A DNA stretch of 32,000 nt from Sinorhizobium meliloti (lineage in GTDB: Bacteria; Pseudomonadota; Alphaproteobacteria; Rhizobiales; Rhizobiaceae), in assembly GCF_017876815.1 (NCBI RefSeq), contig NZ_JAGIOS010000001.1:3180001-3212000 (forward strand), read 5' to 3'. The position numbers and the translations under genes were made by a program. Under the pieces are notes generated by a model. That model saw only the letters and a program-made list of their open reading frames with translations, was not told the DNA's origin and made no database searches. This document shows positions 27,321-32,000 of the stretch, in pieces; position 1 is the first letter of the stretch; every line of letters starts with the position of its first letter.

Positions 27321-27938
27321 ATGAGCAAGCGCGAATCGTCCAAGTACAAAATTGACCGCCGTATGGGCGAAAACATCTGGGGTCGCCCGAAGTCCCCGGT
27401 GAACCGTCGCGAATATGGCCCGGGCCAGCACGGTCAGCGCCGCAAGTCCAAGCTTTCCGACTTCGGCGTGCAGCTGCGCGCCAAGCAGAAGCTGAAGGGC
27501 TACTACGGCGATATCCGTGAAAAGCAGTTCCGCGCGATCTTCGCCGAAGCATCGCGCCGCAAGGGCGACACCCCGGAGAACCTGGTCGGCCTGCTCGAAT
27601 CGCGCCTCGACGCGATCGTTTACCGCGCCAAGTTCGTTCCGACGGTTTTTGCTGCGCGCCAGTTCGTCAACCATGGCCACGTCAAGGTCAACGGCGTTCG
27701 CGTCAACATCGGTTCCTACCGCTGCAAGCCGGGCGACGTCATCGAAGTCAAGGAAAAGTCCAAGCAGCTCGTTACGGTTCTGGAAGCCGTACAGCTCGCC
27801 GAGCGCGACGTTCCTGATTACATCGAAGCCGATCACAACAAGATGGTCGCGACCTTCGTTCGCGTTCCCGCTCTCTCCGACGTGCCGTACCCGGTCGTCA
27901 TGGAGCCGCACCTGGTCGTCGAATTCTATTCGCGTTAA
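27321..27938 (+). CDS. rpsD: 30S ribosomal protein S4, 205 aa
   Basis: [63 protein letters not shown]...[52 protein letters not shown]. The Shine-Dalgarno sequence AAAGGAAA lies upstream. The ORF-track start at 27282 is a TTG extension. Confidence 0.97.
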   Translation: MSKRESSKYKIDRRMGENIWGRPKSPVNRREYGPGQHGQRRKSKLSDFGVQLRAKQKLKGYYGDIREKQFRAIFAEASRRKGDTPENLVGLLESRLDAIVYRAKFVPTVFAARQFVNHGHVKVNGVRVNIGSYRCKPGDVIEVKEKSKQLVTVLEAVQLAERDVPDYIEADHNKMVATFVRVPALSDVPYPVVMEPHLVVEFYSR

Positions 27939-27963
27939 TCGGGCTTCGCCTGAAAGAATTTGG

Positions 27964-27992
27964 AAAACCGCCCGGAGACGGGCGGTTTTTTT
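27964..27992 (+). terminator. rpsD intrinsic terminator
   Basis: AAAACCGCCC-GGAGAC-GGGCGGTTTTTTT. Confidence 0.9.
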
Positions 27993-28083
27993 GTACGAAG
28001 TTGCCGGTCGAATCCCATAAGCTGGACGCGGGTGCAGGACGGAGTGTCCTGACCGAGACCGCTTCCGAAGTGAGAAGTGCCGT

Positions 28084-29031
28084 ATGCGCGAGCCGAAACC
28101 GCAAGAAGACCTCCAGGCGATCATCGACGACATCTATCGGGAACTGACGCCGCGCCTCGGCGAAGGGAAGGTCGCGGACTATATCCCTCAGCTCGCACGC
28201 GTCGATGCCCGTCACTTCGGCATGGCGATCGTCACGACGGGTGGCGAGGTCTATCGCGTCGGCGATGCGGAGATGCCGTTCTCCATTCAGAGCATCTCCA
28301 AGGTGTTCACGCTCACGCTGGCGCTGGGCAAGCACGGCGAAAACATATGGAACCGGGTGGGGCGAGAGCCTTCGGGCTCGGCCTTCAATTCGATCGTCCA
28401 GCTCGAGCATGAGGGTGGCAAGCCGCGCAACCCCTTCATCAATGCCGGCGCGATCAGGATAAGCGACCTCATTCTCGCCGGCCACACGCCGAAGGAACTG
28501 ATCGGCGAGATCGTTCGCTTCGTTCGTTACCTCGCGGATGACGAGAACATCGTGATCGACCACGAAGTCGCACGCTCGGAGACAGCGACCGGATACCGCA
28601 ACATCGCGCTTGCGAATTTCATGCGGTCCTTCGGCCGGCTCGATCATCCGGTCGAGCACGTGCTTGGCGTCTATTTCCATCATTGCGCGCTCGCCATGAC
28701 CTGCAGCCAGCTCGCCAAGGCCGGGCTGTTTCTAGCCGCCGGCGGCACCAACCCGCTGACCGGACATTCGGTCGTGTCGCGCCAGCGCGCGCGGCGGATC
28801 AATGCGCTTATGCTCACCTGCGGCCATTATGACGGCTCCGGCGATTTTGCCTACCGCGTCGGTCTGCCGGGGAAGAGCGGCGTCGGCGGCGGCATCATGG
28901 CGGTGGCGCCGGGCAAGGCATCCATTGCCGTCTGGTCGCCGGGACTCAACGATTACGGCAATTCGCTGCTGGGGTCGCTGGCGCTGGAGATGCTGGCTGC
29001 GCGTACGGGTTGGTCGGTGTTCGGGCCGTAA
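28084..29031 (+). CDS. glsA: Glutaminase A, 315 aa
   Basis: [54 protein letters not shown]...[14 protein letters not shown]...[11 protein letters not shown]...[22 protein letters not shown] contains the serine-dependent glutaminase S-x-x-K and related motifs. Confidence 0.93.
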   Translation: MREPKPQEDLQAIIDDIYRELTPRLGEGKVADYIPQLARVDARHFGMAIVTTGGEVYRVGDAEMPFSIQSISKVFTLTLALGKHGENIWNRVGREPSGSAFNSIVQLEHEGGKPRNPFINAGAIRISDLILAGHTPKELIGEIVRFVRYLADDENIVIDHEVARSETATGYRNIALANFMRSFGRLDHPVEHVLGVYFHHCALAMTCSQLAKAGLFLAAGGTNPLTGHSVVSRQRARRINALMLTCGHYDGSGDFAYRVGLPGKSGVGGGIMAVAPGKASIAVWSPGLNDYGNSLLGSLALEMLAARTGWSVFGP

Positions 29032-29048
29032 GCACGCGGAATGCAGCC

Positions 29049-29110
29049 GCCCCTCATCCCGCTGCCGCGACCTTCTCCCCGCAGGCGGGGAGAAGGGGAC
29101 TCGCGGCACC
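29049..29110 (+). repeat. REP/RIME-like palindromic repeat, copy D (forward), 18 nt after the glsA stop
   Basis: GCCCCTCATCCCGCTGCCGCGA-CCTTCTCCCCGC-AG-GCGGGGAGAAGG-GGACTCGCGGCACC. The stem at 29071-29082 / 29085-29096 is identical to the copy A stem. Confidence 0.8.
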
Positions 29111-29156
29111 ACCTTCGCCACCATGACCATGACCGCCTGCGAACCATCGGGCACGT

Positions 29157-29173
29157 CCTCTCCCCGTGCGCGG
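29157..29173 (-). repeat. Left half of REP-like copy E, split by the IS. It includes the left 9-bp target-site duplication CGTGCGCGG (29165-29173).
   Basis: CCTCTCCC-CGTGCGCGG lies directly before the IS end CAGGGCTG. Confidence 0.75.
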
Positions 29174-30472
29174 CAGGGCTGTCCGGGGAAAATTCATGCA
29201 TAGCGGAAGACCATTTGGTTTGGGATGGTCCGGGGTTTTGGTCGGCTTGGATTGACCTGCGGCGGCTTGTGGATTTCGGCGATGCTTTTGCGCTGGAACA
29301 GGCACTGGGTGACGAGGTCGGTGAAGCGCAGGATCGGTAGAGGGACGCGGGCGAGGCGGGCGGCGATGCGCAACAGTGCATAGGCGATCATCGCCGCGAA
29401 GATCTGCAGGCGGATGGCGTTGTCGTTGTTGCCGAGGAACTTGCGGATCTTGAGGTGCTGTTTGATCCAGCGGAACAGAAGCTCGATCTGCCAGCGATCC
29501 TTATAGAGCTGGCCGATCTCGACGGCGGAGCGCTCGAGGTCGTTGGTCAGAAGCGTGATCGTATCGCCGTCCTGGCGCTTGACGATTACCCGGCGCAAGC
29601 CGATCGGCAGCTTGGAATCGCCCTTGCTGGCGAGGCTGACCTGGCTGTCTTCGAGGACCAGGAAGCCATCGCCTTGAGGTTGCTCAACGGGGCGTTCAGC
29701 GACCAAAGCCAGTCCCATGTTGGTCTTCGGCCGGGTGACGAAACTGGCGCCGGCTTCGGCGATCGCCGTCCACCAGCCGTAATGGCAGTAGCCCTTGTCG
29801 AAGACATAGGTTGCGCCCTTTTCGATGGTGATCGTGCGGCCGATCTGGGCGTCGTTGACGTTGGCGTCGGTGATGTCGAGGATGCCTGGACAATCGGCCT
29901 TGGGATCATAGACGACATGCAGCTTCATGCCGCGGATGCGGCCGTTCGACTTGGCCCAATCGTACAGCTTACCCAGCGGTATCGGGGTCGAATCGATCAG
30001 CCGCAGCATCTTGGTGCCCTCCCGGCGCGTCTGCCGGTCGAGCTGACCGGCCAGAAGCGCGAAGGTCTCGGCGAAGACGGCGACCGGGCGGCGGCGGTTG
30101 GCGTCCGACAGCGTCGAGCGCATCAGCCGGCCACTGCCGAGATGGTAATGATGCTGACTGTTGGCGTTGAAGCTCGCCTCCAACCCGCGCAGGCTGGTCG
30201 TGGCGCTCAACTGGGCATAGATCAGTGCCACCAGATGATCCCAGCTGGTAAAGCACTTGTCGTAGGCATCCCCGGCATGACGATCCACAATCGCCTGAAA
30301 GCTGCGGCGATCAATCGCTTTCAGCAGCTGGGCGAAAATGCTAGGGGTGAACCGCATGCTCCGTCTCCTTTTCTGAGTCTCGACAACCAGAAAATAGACG
30401 GAAAAACGCCGTCTGACGGGGCATGCGCCTGCGACATTTCGATTCACCCGGAACTTTCCCCGGACAGCCCTG
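29174..30472 (-). mobile_element. IS4-family insertion sequence, 1299 bp, with about 22-bp terminal inverted repeats and a 9-bp target-site duplication
   Basis: The left end is CAGGGCTGTCCGGGGAAAATTC. The reverse complement of the right end is CAGGGCTGTCCGGGGAAAGTTC (21 of 22 identical). The element is flanked by direct CGTGCGCGG at 29165-29173 and 30473-30481. It carries a single DDE transposase gene. Confidence 0.9.
29194..30357 (-). CDS. IS4-family DDE transposase (DUF4372-type N-terminus), 387 aa
   Basis: ORF 29194..30447 trimmed to ATG 30357, which has AAGGAGA upstream. The N-terminus is MRFTPSIFAQLLKAIDRRSFQAIVDRH...FTSWDHLVALIYAQL...SLRGL. Candidate catalytic D residues lie in LIDSTPI and YVFDKGY. 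The Y-x2-R-x3-E-x6-K signature is present in YKDRWQIELLFRWIK. Confidence 0.9.
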   Translation of the reverse strand: MRFTPSIFAQLLKAIDRRSFQAIVDRHAGDAYDKCFTSWDHLVALIYAQLSATTSLRGLEASFNANSQHHYHLGSGRLMRSTLSDANRRRPVAVFAETFALLAGQLDRQTRREGTKMLRLIDSTPIPLGKLYDWAKSNGRIRGMKLHVVYDPKADCPGILDITDANVNDAQIGRTITIEKGATYVFDKGYCHYGWWTAIAEAGASFVTRPKTNMGLALVAERPVEQPQGDGFLVLEDSQVSLASKGDSKLPIGLRRVIVKRQDGDTITLLTNDLERSAVEIGQLYKDRWQIELLFRWIKQHLKIRKFLGNNDNAIRLQIFAAMIAYALLRIAARLARVPLPILRFTDLVTQCLFQRKSIAEIHKPPQVNPSRPKPRTIPNQMVFRYA

Positions 30473-30503
30473 CGTGCGCGGGGAGAGGGTTAGGGTGAGG
30501 GGC
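30473..30503 (-). repeat. Right half of REP-like copy E. It comprises the right target-site duplication CGTGCGCGG (30473-30481) plus GGAGAGG-GTTAGGGTGAGGGGC.
   Basis: Joining both halves minus one duplication copy restores CCTCTCCCCG-TGCG-CGGGGAGAGG, a perfect 10-bp stem. This is followed by a shortened ...GGTGAGGGGC arm, so the copy is in inverted orientation relative to copy D. Confidence 0.75.
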
Positions 30504-30624
30504 AAACTGGTTGAGGCCAAGGCTCGCACGCCCGTTTTTTCTTGATCTTCCCGGCCGGACGGGGCAAGTGCTGCTTCAGAAAACAGAGCGCAACCTGCGC
30601 TCTGCACAATCCGAGATTGCCGCC

Positions 30625-31509
30625 ATGGAACTCGCACAATCCTCCCCGGACGAGACAGACAGCGTCATTGTCGATGACGCCGCCTTCGAAGGTGCGGCCC
30701 ATCCGCTTTTTTCGCGCATGCCGTCCTCCGTCTCCTTCAACAAGCTGCGCAAGCGCCTGCTCAGACAGGTGCGCCAGGCGCTCGACGATTTCGGCATGCT
30801 CAAGGGCTCCAGGCGCTGGCTTGTCGGGGTGTCGGGTGGAAAGGACAGCTACAGCCTGCTGGCGCTGCTCATGGATCTGCAGTGGCGGGGTCTGCTTCCC
30901 GTCGAACTCGTCGCCTGCAATCTGGATCAGGGGCAGCCGAACTTTCCGAAGCATGTCCTGCCCGACTATCTCCGGTCGATCGGCGTCAAGCACCGCATCG
31001 AATACCGCGACACCTATTCGATCGTGAAGGAGAAGGTGCCGGCGGGCGCGACCTATTGTTCGCTCTGTTCGCGGCTTCGGCGCGGCAATCTTTATCGCAT
31101 CGGCCGGGAGGAGGGCTGCGACGCATTGGTGCTTGGCCACCATCGGGAGGACATCCTCGAGACCTTCTTCATGAACTTTTTCCATGGCGGGCGCCTGGCG
31201 TCGATGCCGGCGAAGCTTCTCAACGATGAGGGCGATCTGACGGTCTTGCGGCCGCTTGCCTATGCTGCGGAAGACGATCTTGCGAAATTCGCCGCGGCCA
31301 TGGAGTTCCCGATCATTCCCTGCGACCTCTGTGGTTCGCAGGACGGGCTCGAGCGCAACGCGATGAAGGCGATGCTTGCGGATATCGAGCGGCGCATGCC
31401 GGGCCGCAAGGACACGATGCTGCGCGCGCTCGGACACGTGAACGCCTCGCATCTGCTCGACCCGAAGCTTTTCGACTTTCAATCCCTCTCTCCGGAGCCC
31501 AAAGAATGA
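30625..31509 (+). CDS. ttcA: tRNA 2-thiocytidine(32) synthetase TtcA, 294 aa
   Basis: The PP-loop is [18 protein letters not shown]. Fe-S cysteines are present in [11 protein letters not shown] and PCDLCGSQ. Other family motifs are [22 protein letters not shown] and LRPLAY. The start is placed at ATG 30625; the ORF track begins at an upstream TTG at 30511. Confidence 0.9.
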   Translation: MELAQSSPDETDSVIVDDAAFEGAAHPLFSRMPSSVSFNKLRKRLLRQVRQALDDFGMLKGSRRWLVGVSGGKDSYSLLALLMDLQWRGLLPVELVACNLDQGQPNFPKHVLPDYLRSIGVKHRIEYRDTYSIVKEKVPAGATYCSLCSRLRRGNLYRIGREEGCDALVLGHHREDILETFFMNFFHGGRLASMPAKLLNDEGDLTVLRPLAYAAEDDLAKFAAAMEFPIIPCDLCGSQDGLERNAMKAMLADIERRMPGRKDTMLRALGHVNASHLLDPKLFDFQSLSPEPKE

Positions 31510-32000
31510 GCCATTCCGTCGACATCGCCGCACTTGCCAACCTGCTGCAGGAAGCGGCGGTAAAGGAAATCCTTCCGCGCTTTCGCAATCTCGGCTCCGG
31601 CGATGTGCGGATGAAGTCGGAAGCGATCGACCTGGTGACGGAAGGCGACGAGGCCGCCGAGAGGCTGATCAAGGCGAATATCGACGCGATTGCGCCGGGG
31701 GCCGTGTTCATCGGCGAGGAATCCGTCGCCGCCGATCCGGCGCTCCTCGACAAGCTCGCCGGTGCCGATCTGGCCATCGTCGTCGATCCGATCGACGGCA
31801 CCTTCAACTTCGCGGCCGGCCTGCCGCTCTTCGGTGTGATGGCGAGCGTCGTCGCCGGGGGAGAGACCGTCGCCGGGATCATCTACGATCCGCTCGGCAA
31901 CGACTGGGTCATCGCCGAGCGGGGCTCCGGCGCGTGGATGTGCCGGCCCGACGGCACGCAGGAGAGACTGTCGGTCACAGCCGGGGTCACCGTCGAAAAC
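31506..32000 (+). CDS. Inositol monophosphatase family protein (N-terminal 165 codons; continues beyond the window)
   Basis: Absent from the ORF track because it has no stop. Hand translation gives [30 protein letters not shown]...[19 protein letters not shown]...FIGEESVA...[25 protein letters not shown], containing the IMPase motifs EE and DPIDGT-x-NF. Its ATG overlaps the ttcA stop (ATGA at 31506-31509). Confidence 0.8.
   Translation, partial: MSHSVDIAALANLLQEAAVKEILPRFRNLGSGDVRMKSEAIDLVTEGDEAAERLIKANIDAIAPGAVFIGEESVAADPALLDKLAGADLAIVVDPIDGTFNFAAGLPLFGVMASVVAGGETVAGIIYDPLGNDWVIAERGSGAWMCRPDGTQERLSVTAGVTVEN

Overview
This 32 kb window reads as high-GC alphaproteobacterial chromosome. From the protein sequences, gene order and repeat type I judge it to be Rhizobiaceae, most likely Sinorhizobium/Ensifer; this is recognition from memory, not a search.

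It is mostly core housekeeping. In order: ycjX-like ATPase (partial), SixA-like histidine phosphatase, dksA, a FliO-like proline-rich membrane protein, cckA, psuG, psuK (frameshifted), recA with SOS boxes, alaS, and a SulP/STAS transporter. Next comes a less ordinary block: two tandem exported DUF1254/DUF1214 paralogues, an SMI1/KNR4 (SUKH) protein and a divergent AraC regulator. After that: icd, a FUSC-family membrane protein, a TrmJ-like SPOUT methyltransferase, murI, a HerA/FtsK-like orphan ATPase, rpsD, glsA, an IS4-family insertion sequence, ttcA, and an inositol-monophosphatase-family gene (partial).

No rRNA, tRNA or CRISPR array was seen.

Features not explained by the genes:
- A family of REP/RIME-like palindromic intergenic repeats: 3.5 copies at 6464-6819 and two more at about 29049-30503.
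- One of those repeats was split by the IS, leaving a clean 9-bp target duplication.
- A single-base frameshift in psuK.
- An orphan intrinsic terminator in the long sixA-like/dksA intergenic region (possible sRNA).
- A perfect TTAA-N7-TTAA (CtrA-type) box upstream of dksA, next to cckA.

I found no convincing complete novel system. The best candidate for something undescribed is the AraC / SUKH / 2x DUF1254-DUF1214 module at 15.2-20.1 kb, followed by the orphan HerA-like ATPase. The many long ORFs antisense to real genes are GC-driven mirror ORFs and were rejected.
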